In this document: positions 51,619 to 62,297 of the stretch, piece after piece
Layout of the letters: each line of letters begins with the position of its first letter
Position numbering within the stretch: position 1 is the first letter of the stretch
Assembly: GCF_006345805.1 (NCBI RefSeq)
Contig: NC_043011.1
Span: 48,930,464-48,994,463 of the forward strand
Origin: Octopus sinensis
Taxonomy: Eukaryota
DNA: 64,000 nt
Direction of reading: 5' to 3'
Notes under the pieces: generated by a model
The model's input: only the letters and a program-made list of their open reading frames with translations
Databases searched by the model: none
Told to the model about the DNA's origin: nothing
Made by a program: the position numbers and the translations under genes

Positions 51619-51796
51619 CTCTTTAATATTTAAACCAGTCATGTCCATCCCATATCTTCTACCTCTTTTGTGTACAAACTGGCTGGATCTAGACTCTCAC
51701 ACTCACCCTATAATGTCATTCTAAAATAAACCATCACATCATTGAAATCTCAATGCTCCGTAATAATGCATGATCAATTCTAAACAATGCATAAAC
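51619..51796. mobile_element. Partial TTAA-type MITE (same family as 62298-62513, inverted), cut by a SINE A
   Basis: TTAA|CTCTTTAATATTTAAACC..CATTGAAATCTCAATGCT. Confidence 0.7.
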
Positions 51797-51797
51797 A

Positions 51798-52210
51798 AGG
51801 TGTAGGAGTGGCTGTGTGATAAGTAGCTTGCTAACGAACCACATGATTCCGGGTTCAGTCCCACTGCGTGGCACCTTAGGTGACTGTCTTCTACTATAGC
51901 CTCAGGCCGACCAAAGCCTTGTGAGTGGATTTGGTAGACGGAAACTGAAAAGAACCCTGTCGCATATATGTATATATATATGTATGTGTGTGTATATGTT
52001 TGTGTGTGTGTGTTTGTCCCCCAACATTGCTTGACAACCGTTGCTGGTGTGTTTACGTCTCTGTAAGTTAGCGGTTCGGCAAAAGAGACTGATAGAATAA
52101 GTACTAGGGCTTACAAAGAATAAGTCCTGGGGTCGATTTGCTCGACTAAAAAGGTGGTGCTCCAGCATGGCCACAGTCAAATGACTGAAAAGAGTAAAAG
52201 AGTGAAAGAG
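51798..52210 (+). mobile_element. SINE A, full length
   Basis: Complete modules. Confidence 0.95.
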
Positions 52211-52886
52211 ATCTAGAAGCTAGGTAAATAATTTCGTTAATGGTTCCTCATGTGATATGCTTGAGAAGAGAGAAGACATATTAAGAAAGTGAAGAAGAAA
52301 TAATGCTAAAGTAGTTAGAAAAAAGGAGATAGGAGATGGAAGAGGAGGAGGAGGAGAGATGCTGGAGGTGAAGAGAAGAAGGCAAAACGGTAAAAGCAAC
52401 AACAATAACAACAACTACACCCGGCGCCAAAATGAGATAAAGAATAGCAATGATGTCAAGAAAAATGACACTGACATCAACTACAACCACAGCAGAAAAA
52501 CACGACTACGACAACAACAACAGCAACAACAGCTATAGGAACGCTAGTGTTAAGAATGGAAATAACATCAACAGTTAGAGCAACAATTTGAAAACAACAA
52601 ACACTATAATAATGTCAACAAGTACAATCACAACAACCACAACAAGAAGAAGGCCATGAAGATAAGAAGACAATTAACTGTGCAAAAACTAAAAAAAAAA
52701 TATGAGCAACAACAAAAAATAAACAACAAACAAATAAACAAATACAATAATTAGTTGAAGATAAAAATGTGTGCAAGGAATTAATAATGAGAAAATAAAA
52801 AAAAAAAATTTTTTTTAAATACAGAAATAAAAATGATAAAACAAATATTAATATTATAGCAACAATTATTATCATCATCATCATCA

Positions 52887-52919
<33 letters not shown>

Positions 52920-53554
52920 TATTATTATTATCATTATTATTATTGTTATTATTGTTGTTGTTGTTGTTGTTATTTATTTCTATTGACAAGACATACTAAT
53001 CAACTGGGTTTAATTTGATTTTTAAGTACAAAAAAATGAAATTTTAAAAACACACAGAAAAGAAAAAAACACTTAGATGTGAATGAAATAATATATTTTT
53101 GAAGAGTGGCCTCGACAGGATATAAGGGTCAAACACTGTTTGCAGATTTTAGTAATTGACACAATGAAAAGTATCACACTCTCTGCCGTTCGATATTAGC
53201 TCTGTCTTTCTATTCATTAAACGTTGAGGGGTGGTTTACGATGATAATTTTTAATCCAATGTAAATTGCATAACTTTGAACTATTCTTGGTTATGGTGGT
53301 TCTCTCTAAGAGATAGTTTAATATGGAGTGATGCACCTGAGTCTTGATGTGTTTTTTTTGTTGTTTATTATTTTTAAAAATTCTTTCCTGAGTGTGTTGG
53401 TTGTGTATCAACTTTGGCTCTTAGAAACCATTAGGAAATCATGGCTAAAAACAAAAAAAACTTTCACTAGATTAGCTACTAATCGGTTCTAGAATGCTCA
53501 GAAGAAATAACCATTTTCAAAAAGTTTGATATATAATATAACCAGAGTAACAAG

Positions 53555-53950
53555 GTGGCAAGCTGGCAGAAACATTAGCACACCGGGTGAAATGCTTAGT
53601 GATATTTCGTCTGCCACTACGTTCTGAGTTCAAATTCCACCGAGGTCGATTTGCCTTTCATCCTTTTGGGGTCAGTCGATTAAATAAGTACCAGTTACGC
53701 ACTGGAGTCGATATAATCAACTTAATCCGTTTGTCTGTCTTTGTCCTCTCTGTGTTTAGCCCATTGTGGACAGTAAAGAAATAGGTATTTTGTCTGTCTT
53801 TACGTTCTGAGTTCAAATTCCATTGAGGCCAACTTGGGCTTTCATACTTTCAAGGTCGATGAATTCAGTACCGTTTGCATACTGGGGTCGATCTAATCGA
53901 CTGGCCCATTCCCCAAATATTTCGGGCCTTGTGCCTAGAGTAGAAAAGAA
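53555..53950 (+). mobile_element. Two tandem B copies: tail type 1 (53555-53785), then a 5'-truncated copy with tail type 2 (53786-53950)
   Basis: Same body with different 3' ends. Confidence 0.85.
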
Positions 53951-54255
53951 TATAATCAGAGTAACCAAGCTGCTATCCACCAAATATCTTGAATGCATCA
54001 ATGAGCCCAGGCACAGGTTTCTACAAATCTTATGTAAAGCAGAACAACCAGTTTCTCTTTCTCTCTTGATATATATATATGTGTGTGTATATATGTGACA
54101 TCACATAGCACCAACATTTATGTTTTCTTTTGTTAAGCGTGGTACTTATTCGATTGATCACTTTTGCTGAACCACTAGGTTACTGGGGTATAAACACACC
54201 AACATCAGTTGTCAAGTGGTGGTACAATACAAACACACACAGATATGTATGTATA

Positions 54256-54284
<29 letters not shown>

Positions 54285-54287
<3 letters not shown>

Positions 54288-55803
54288 GAAAAAACAAGTA
54301 AAAAATAGAAAATGCTAAAATAATTTTATAGTGAACATTTCAGTACCGGTTTCGGTCATTTTGAGACCTTTTCAACTGTAACGATTAAATAATTAAATTT
54401 AGAAAAATTAGAAGAAAAGTTTTCTTAAAAGAATATTTCTATAGTAGTGTTCAGATTTAAGTGGCATTCTGCCTTTCTCTGACTCCCTTGTTTGCACTTG
54501 TGTGTTCGAGGTAGTTTGTGAGTTCTTGGTAGAGGTAGTAGAGGGAAGGCTGGTGAGGAAGGGGGTGGGAGATCTGGGAGTGCCCTGATGGTCGTATTTT
54601 GAATGGTCAGTGGCGGCTGGCAGTCTCAGTTCAATTCAGGAGAATATTATATTGACAGGCTTGTTTATAGAATTAGCGTAGTGTTTAACTAAAAAACATT
54701 AGTGACAAACTTAAGGGGTAGGGGTGGAGAAGAAGAAGAAGAAGAAGAAGAAGAAGAAGGAGAAGGAGAAGGAAGATGATGGTGATGGTGGTGATGATTA
54801 TGACGACGATGATGATGATAACGATGATGATGAAGAAGAAGAAGGAGGAGAAGGAGAAGATGGTGGTGATGATGGTGGCGATGATGATGACGCCGATGAT
54901 GATGATAACGATGATGATGAAGAAGAAGAAGAAAAAAACAGAGAAGGGAGAATATGAATGGGTGTAAATATAGCTTGAAGGGCTGATTAGTATGGATTCT
55001 ATGGAGTGTAGTATTTGTGTGTGTATATATATTTTTTTCTTTTATTCTAAAGTTGAGGTATATTAATTGTTTGTCGTAGACCCGTTAAGAAGTGGCTTGT
55101 ATTTTGTAATAAAGAGATTTTCTTTACTTATTCTTTGTCTCAAGGTTGTATCGTCCCTAAATTGGTAGAGGGGAAAATTCTGAAGTTTGGTGTTTTTTTG
55201 TTGGCGCAAGTATCTATGTGTTGGCTAAAAGCTATTTTTCTGTTTGGGGAATTTTTATCTGGGATCTGTGCAGGGCCATTCGTTTACGCAAACCATTTTT
55301 TGTTGGCCTATGTACTGCTCTTGACACCGGAGCAGGTTAGTGAGTATATTAGGTTCTCCGAAGCACATTTGAAGTTGCTTTTCACTGTAAACCGTTGTCC
55401 CTGTTTGAAGGAGAACTCAGAACCCTCGATTAGATAGTCGCATATCCCGCAATTGGGTCTTCCACATTTTTTACTGTGTTGAAGAGGAATTCGGGCTTGT
55501 GTAAGGAGACTTTCATGGATCTAGGCTGTCTTTTGCTTTTTATGATCGTGTGTGTTTGGAGGATTGTGTTCATTCTGTGGTCTTTTTTAGGAGGGGTATG
55601 TTGTGGAGGATGGTGTCGAAGGCTTCATTATTGAGAGGGTTGTGTGTGGAGATGTATGGTAAGGCTTTTGGTTGTTGTAAGTTTTTCTTTGATTTGGGAT
55701 GATGTCTCCAGTTCTTGATGTTAAGTTGAAGGGCACGTTCAATGCACTTGTCAATAAGTGAAGGTGGATAGTTCCTGGTGATTAGGGTATCTTTTAGTTC
55801 TTG
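54285..55803 (-). mobile_element. 5'-truncated Penelope-like element: RT thumb/linker, Cys motif, GIY-YIG endonuclease and pseudo-LTR with HHR; (TA)n at both ends
   Basis: LQELKDTLITRNYPPSLIDKCIERAL; KKCGRPNCGICDYL..NFKCASENLIYSLTCSG/CQEQYIGQ/TKNGLRKRMALHRSQIK (two frameshifts); ORF remnant about 55060-55803; a GAA/GAT microsatellite at 54725-54930 lies within the span. Confidence 0.85.
54341..54378 (-). ncRNA. Minimal type I hammerhead ribozyme, U3-A8 variant
   Basis: CAG-TTGAAAA-GGTC-tcaaaat-GACC-GAA-ACCGGT-A-CTG; palindromic stem III; GUA triplet. Confidence 0.6.
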
Positions 55804-56046
55804 TAATATATATATATATTTACAGATGTGTGTGTTCATGTACTGACAGAGAAAGATAAGCTGGTTATATTAACATTAAACTGTTGAAAGTGTCTATTCT
55901 GAGTATAATAAAGCAGATTAGTAGAAAATCTAGTGAATATTCATTTAGGCATGATCGCCTACTGGATTCCGAGGAGCCAGAGTTGATACTCAGACATGTA
56001 CACGTACAAATATACACACAAACACACACACACACACACGTTTCCA

Positions 56047-56300
56047 TAGAACACAGGATGGCAGGTTGCCAAACTAGTTGTTTTACTGGGAGTTGCTGCA
56101 TGGTAAACGTCCAAGACATGAACCTAAGAAATGTTTTAGGGATGCTGTCAAAAGCAACCTTAAGTCCCTTAATGTGAAAGTTGAAGACTGGGAGCAAATG
56201 ATGTAAAATCAATCAGCTTGGAAACAAATGATCTACAATACATGTAAAGCATTTGCAGCTTGAAGAATAGAACTATCTATCTTGAAAGGACTTAACTACA
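56047..56300 (+). mobile_element. RTE-clade (BovB-like) LINE ORF2 C-terminal remnant
   Basis: RTQDGRLPN*LFYWELLHGKRPRHEPKKCFRDAVKSNLKSLNVKVEDWEQMM*NQSAWKQMI. Confidence 0.75.
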
Positions 56301-56449
56301 ACCACAGACACTTTTCTACTAAAAAATATTTCTAAGATCTGCATTAGAGTTTGTTTGTAAAGGGCATGACTTGCTAGTCACATAAGATCTCATCACAGTA
56401 TTTATTAATTGAGAGATGGCTTATTCTATAAAGTAGTGACAATCATTAT

Positions 56450-56464
56450 ACATATATACATATA

Positions 56465-56504
<40 letters not shown>

Positions 56505-57519
56505 TATATTATATATATATATATATGCATATATGTATATATGTACATACATATATATATGTACATAGATATATATATATATATATATATATGTACATAC
56601 ATATATAATTATATATATATATATATATATAATATATATATACATACATATATATACATATGCATACATACATATATATACATATGCATATATGTATATA
56701 TATAATAAACACATATATATATACATACATATATATATATATACATATATATATACATGCATATATATATACATACATATATATATATACATACATATAT
56801 TATATATATATTATATACATACATACATACATACATACATACTTGTATACATATAAATATATATATTTATATATGTGTATGTGTATACACACACATACAT
56901 ACATATTTATGTATGTATTTATGTGTATGTATGCATGTATGTATTTCTCCTATATACATGAGAAATGAAGATCCAAATGTAAAGGCAAATGACAGGAGAA
57001 AAGCTGACTCAGTATCAAACAGCCAGCCATGGCCAACACAACAATTACAGCATAATAAATTTTGCTTTCTCTTTTTACACGTCTTTTAAACTTTTTCGGT
57101 TGATTTTAACATTTTCTTTAAACAAGCAATTAGTTTTCATTTCATATAAACTTTATTAGTGTTTTGTGACTTTTAACAATTATCTTTAATTTATTTAAAT
57201 TTGTTTTAATATTCACGTTCACTTCATTGAGAACATGACAGAATACTAAAAACAAAAAAAGTTCCTATTTGTGCCATTTATTTTTCACTCGTGTCTGGAC
57301 TCATTAATCAGCAGAATGGATCGATGGTAATGCGATTATAGGTTTTTAAAACTGATACCATGATTGTTATACAACATATACATACATACATACATACATA
57401 AATACATATATATATGTGTGTGTATGTGTTTGTGTGTGTGTGTGTGTGTGTGGTATATATATAGATGTGCATATATATAGATATGTATATATATAGATGA
57501 GTATATATATATAGATGTG

Positions 57520-57560
<41 letters not shown>

Positions 57561-57562
57561 TG

Positions 57563-57598
<36 letters not shown>

Positions 57599-57600
57599 TG
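56450..57600. repeat. (TA)n/(CATA)n fields (56450-56950, 57370-57600)
   Basis: Direct reading. Confidence 0.9.
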
Positions 57601-58005
57601 TTATATTTCGGAATGGTCATTTTGCCAGTTTAGCAATAAAAACATATGCACTATATATTTGGTGTTACTTTGCTTCAGTGTTATTTATTTTTACATTAAT
57701 CTTAATCTTATTTCGGCCAGAGTTCTTTCGTCACACTCCTGTGATGGTAGTAAGGAGAGACACAAATACGAAAGAAGAAAACAAAGGACCACTGATGCAG
57801 TCACAGGAGTGTGACGAAAGAACTCTGGCCGAAATAAGATTAAGATTAATGTAAAAAATAAATAACACTGAAGCAAAGTAACACCAAATATATAGTGCGT
57901 ATGTTTTTATTGGCTAAACTGGCAAAATGACCATTCCGAAATATAACAATATCTGTTTCAACACACGACTTCACATAAAAAATCTTGCACAACAAATATT
58001 TAAAC
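57597..58005 (+). mobile_element. (TA)n-flanked fold-back element: about 148/150-bp inverted arms (57597-57744, 57801-57950) with a 56-nt spacer
   Basis: Arms differ at about three positions; the 3' extension is related to 10770-10810. Confidence 0.9.
57788..57828 (+). ncRNA. Hammerhead-like motif with an A9 to C change
   Basis: ACCA-CTGATGC-A-GTCAC-aggagt-GTGAC-GAA-AGAACT-C-TGG. Confidence 0.45.
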
Positions 58006-58024
58006 GTATATATATACAGTTGTT

Positions 58025-58073
<49 letters not shown>

Positions 58074-58172
58074 ATATATATATATATAGATGTGTAAATA
58101 TATATACAGATGTGTATATATATCTATAGAGATGTGTATATATATATATATATATATATAAATATATATATG

Positions 58173-58640
58173 GAAATTGCAGTTGTGATATCTGTGCCGG
58201 TGGCACATAAAATGCACCATCCATATGTGGCTGATGCCGGCATCGACCTGACTGGCTTCTGTGCCGGTGGAACGTAAAAAACACCAACTGACTGTGGCCA
58301 TTGCCAGCCTCCCCTGGCACCTGTGCCAGTGGCTCGTAAAAAGCACCATCCGTACGTGGCCGATGCCAGTGCTGCCTTGACTGGCTTCCGTGCCAGTGAC
58401 ACGTAAATATCACCAACAGATCGTAGCCATTGCCAGCCTCCTCTGGCACCAGGGCTGGTGGCACATAAAAAGCACCCACTACACTCACGGAGTGGTTGGC
58501 GTTAGGAAGGGTATCCAACTGTAGAAACACTGCCAGATCAGACTGGAGCCTGGTGCAGCCTCCTGGCTTCCCAGACTCAAGGTCGAACTGTCCAACCCAT
58601 GCTAGCATGGAAACGCACGTTAAATGATGATGATGCTGAT
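58173..58640 (+). mobile_element. Family E element with an internal 67+62-bp alternating tandem array (58193-58477)
   Basis: Five copies of TGTGCC(G/A)GTGGCACGTAAAAAGCACC-like units at 58193, 58260, 58322, 58389 and 58451, then the E module and (GAT)n tail. Confidence 0.85.
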
Positions 58641-58926
58641 GCATGCGAGGGGTGTATATAAAGAGGTACAGAGAGAGAGAGAGAGAGAGAAGGTGGGGCC
58701 ATGGTTATAGCTGATCCATTAGGACATTATACTATGTAAACACGACATGGTCTCGAGTTCAGTTTCATTGCAAGGCAGCTTGGACATGTGTCTTCTGCTA
58801 CAGCTGTGGGCCAACCAATCAATGACGTTATGAGAGGATTTGGTAAATGAAAACTGTGTGGAAGCCTGTAATATTCACACACTCACAGGCACAGTTATAG
58901 CTATGTACAAACATATATATATATAT

Positions 58927-59086
58927 AGGCGTACGAGTGGCTGTGTGGTAAGTAGCTTGCTTACCAACCACATGGTTCCGGGTTCAGTCCCACTGCGTGG
59001 CACCTTGGGCACTTGTCTTCTACTATAGCCTCAGGCTGACCAAAGCCTTGTGAGTGGATTTGGTAGATGGAAACTGAAAGAAGCCC

Positions 59087-59118
<32 letters not shown>

Positions 59119-59310
59119 GTGTGTGTGTGAGTGTTTGTGTATCTGTGTTTGTCCCCTCAACATTGCTTGACAACCGATGCTGGTGTGTTTGTGTCCCCGT
59201 AACTTAGCGGTTTGGCAAAAAGATTAACTCCTGGGGTCGATTTGCTCGACTAAAGGCGGTGCCCCAGCATGGCCACGATCTAATCACTGACACAAGCAGA
59301 AGATAAAAGA
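58927..59310 (+). mobile_element. SINE A, full length with an internal deletion
   Basis: Module matches. Confidence 0.9.
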
Positions 59311-59496
59311 TATATGTACATGTGTGTATGTGTGAGTTACAAATATTGTTGTCTGTGGAGACATATTTTTGTAGAAAAAGGAAATAGTAGTCTTTTGGCT
59401 GCTATTTCTAAAATTTTCGGCATGTGGTCAAGCAACTTGTTGCAAAACCCTTATTGTTATAATATATATATATATAAATATTAGACTGTCATTACT

Positions 59497-59662
59497 TGTA
59501 CAGGTGCACCATGTACCACATATCAAATGATGAAACGATCGCAGAGCAATTTGAAATGAAGTGTTTTGCTCAAGAACACAATGCAATGCCTTGTATGGGA
59601 ATTGAACCCATGATCTTGCGATCATGAGTGCAACATACTAACCACTAAACCATGTACCTTCA
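59497..59662 (-). mobile_element. SINE D head
   Basis: GAAGTGTTTTGCTCAAGAACACAA..GAATTGAACCC..CTAACCACTAAACCATG. Confidence 0.8.
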
Positions 59663-59716
59663 CCACCCTCTATTTACATAATATCGAGGTCTCTTTTTTT
59701 TTTGTTGTTGTCTTAC

Positions 59717-59878
59717 CACACTCTTGGAGTGGTTGGCGTTAGGAAAGGCATCCAGCTGTAGAAACTCTGCCAGATCAAGATTGGAGCCTGGTGCATCCAT
59801 CTGGTTTGCCAGTCCTCAGTGAAATCATCCAACCCATGCTAGCATGGAAAGCGGAAGTTAAACAATGATGATGATGAT
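59717..59878 (+). mobile_element. Family E 3' module with (GAT)n tail
   Basis: GAGTGGTTGGCGTTAGGAAAGGCATCC..GCATGGAAAGCGGAAGTTAAACAATGATGATG. Confidence 0.85.
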
Positions 59879-59888
59879 ATATATATAT

Positions 59889-59930
<42 letters not shown>

Positions 59931-60244
59931 TATACATATATATATATACATATATATACATGCATATATATACATATATATATACACATAATATATACAC
60001 ACAAATATATATATATATATACATACATATATATATATAACATATATATATATAATACATATACATATACATATACATATATATATACATATACATATAT
60101 ATATATACATATACATATACATATATATATATATACATACATATATATATATATATATAATGGTCTTCTTCTAGTTTCCATCTACCAGATTCACTTGCAA
60201 GATTGCTTGATTTTGGTCAGCCCAAACCTATAGTAGAATATACT

Positions 60245-60575
60245 GTCACTCCACCGGTTATGATGATGATGAGAGTTTCAGCTGATCCGATTAATGGAAC
60301 AAACTGTTCATGAAATTAACATCCAAGTGGCTGAGTACTCCACTGACACATGTACTCTTAACGTAGTTCTCAGGGAGATTCAGTGTGACACAGAGTGTGA
60401 CAAGGCTGGCCCCTTTGAAATATAGGTACTACTCATTTTTGCCAGCTGAGTGGACTGGAGCAAAGTGAAATAAAGTCTCTTGCTCAATGACACAACGCGT
60501 CGCCAGGAATTGAACTCACGACTTTATGATTGTCAATCAAATACACTAACCACCAAGCCATGTACCTTCACGCCA
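60245..60575 (-). mobile_element. SINE D, full length, tail type R
   Basis: D head and CORE-like domain followed by GGGCCAGCCTTGTCACACTCTGTGTCAC..GTTAATTTCATGAACAG.. Confidence 0.9.
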
Positions 60576-61206
60576 CTTACCCAAAGAGACACACAGTGAG
60601 ACTGACCTCAGAACCATGTGATGTCATTAAGCAAACTTATTATCACAAAGTTCTGCCGGCCCCTGTAGCTATGCTTGCATCTGTCAAGGTGATTTAATAG
60701 GAGACAGAACTATTCAGAAATTCAATCCTTTACATATATTTTGGTAGCAAGAACAATATTAGCCATGCTATTTAGAAAGCTGAAATTTTAGAATAAAGGA
60801 ACCATCAGAAATACATTTGACAGAGATTCTATCATTAAATTAAGTTATTGAATTATCTACATTTATTTCCTTTGTACGTTACAACCATTTAAATTAAGTC
60901 TAACAATTGAAAGCATATAAAATCTATTGACTTCCTAGCTGTGCTTTGATAATGTAATAGAGCATATGCAGTTCTATTTTAAATCATTACATGCTCGAGT
61001 ATTAGACACTTTTATACTATGTATGTATATATATATAGCATATATGTATGTATATAACAACAGTAAAGTATGATCTTGGGATCCAAAAGTAGGAAAGTAA
61101 TAAGCTTCAAGCTCATGCATATATATTATATTTGTGTGAAACGTTATATTTTTGATTACCTACATAAATATGTGTGTGTGTGTATGTGTGTGTGTATGTA
61201 TGCATG

Positions 61207-61249
<43 letters not shown>

Positions 61250-61250
<1 letters not shown>

Positions 61251-61592
61251 AGTAGGTGAATGAATTATCCTAGTATTGATAATTTGGTTAATCGATACCT
61301 GGGTAGCAAATTCACATCAGAAAACACGGTTGAAGCTACATGCCAAGGGTAGAAACCCCGTGTTCTTGTGTGGTAATTTGTGTATTATTTAAAATGAATA
61401 AAAGAATGGAGCTGAACGAAGATTTTAACACAATTCCTTTACTTTCAACACATGTCTTTCCTGATGAGAAGATGGCATAATGCACACTTTATTCCTTCGG
61501 AATTAAGAATATGCAGTCTTCGAAACATGTGTTGAAAGTAAAGGAATTGTGTTAAAATCTTCGTTCGACTCCATTCTTTTATTCATTTTAAA
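61250..61592. mobile_element. (TA)n-flanked short element with a 68-bp inverted repeat (61388-61455 / 61525-61592) enclosing an HHR core
   Basis: 66 of 68 arm positions are complementary. Confidence 0.85.
61456..61538 (+). ncRNA. Type I hammerhead ribozyme with a canonical catalytic core
   Basis: Stem I CTTTC/GAAAG; CTGATGA (61461-61467); stem II GAAGAT/GTCTTC; GAAA (61522-61525); stem III AC-atgt-GT; GUU triplet with predicted cleavage after 61533. Confidence 0.75.
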
Positions 61593-61607
61593 TATATATA
61601 TATATAT

Positions 61608-61739
61608 GGTGCAGGAGTGGCTGTGTGGTAAGTAGCGTGCTTACCAACCACATGGTTCCGGGTTCAGTCCCTCTGCATGTCACCTTGGGCAAGTCTCTTC
61701 TACTATAGCCTCGGGCCGACCAAAGAAAGAAGCCCATCG

Positions 61740-61770
<31 letters not shown>

Positions 61771-61980
61771 TTGTGTATGTGTGCTTGTGTGTCTGTGTTT
61801 GTCTCCTACAACATTGCTTCACAACCGATGCTGGTGTGGTTACATCCCCGTAATGTAGCAGTTTGGCAAAAGAGACCGATAGAATAAGAACTAGGCTTAC
61901 AAAGAATAAGTCCTGGGGTCGATTTGCTCGACTAAAGGTGGTGCTCCAGCATGCAGTCAAATGATTGAAGCAAGTAAACG
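61608..61980 (+). mobile_element. SINE A, near full length
   Basis: Module matches. Confidence 0.9.
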
Positions 61981-61981
61981 A

Positions 61982-62021
<40 letters not shown>

Positions 62022-62077
62022 AAGTAAAGTTGTAAAGTATTGCATGAGTGGAAATATATATGAAAGAAGGTTTGAAA

Positions 62078-62218
62078 ATGCCATTTTTGCTAGCTGAGTG
62101 GACTGGAGCAACGTGAAATGAAGTGTCTTGCTCAACAACACAATGCATCAACCAGCCCAGGAATTGAAACCACAATCTTACGATCATGAGTCCCACACCT
62201 TACCCACAAAGCCATGCT
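62078..62218 (-). mobile_element. SINE D head
   Basis: GCTGAGTGGACTGGAGCAACGTGAAATGAAGTGTCTTGCTCAA. Confidence 0.8.
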
Positions 62219-62297
62219 TTTCCAATCACATTTGTTGGCACTACTCTAATTCTATCTGGAGCACTCAGTAAACCATGTTCTTGAGAGGACACCTTAA

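Noticed and set aside
53095-53500. Possible third PLE C-terminus (..IKNYHRKPPLNV, minus strand) and TTGAAGA..GGTCAAAC motif
   Set aside because: Similarity is too weak to support by eye.
58193-58477. CRISPR-like repeat-spacer pattern
   Set aside because: Spacers alternate A-B-A-B, repeats are degenerate, there are no cas genes and the context is eukaryotic; it is a tandem dimer.
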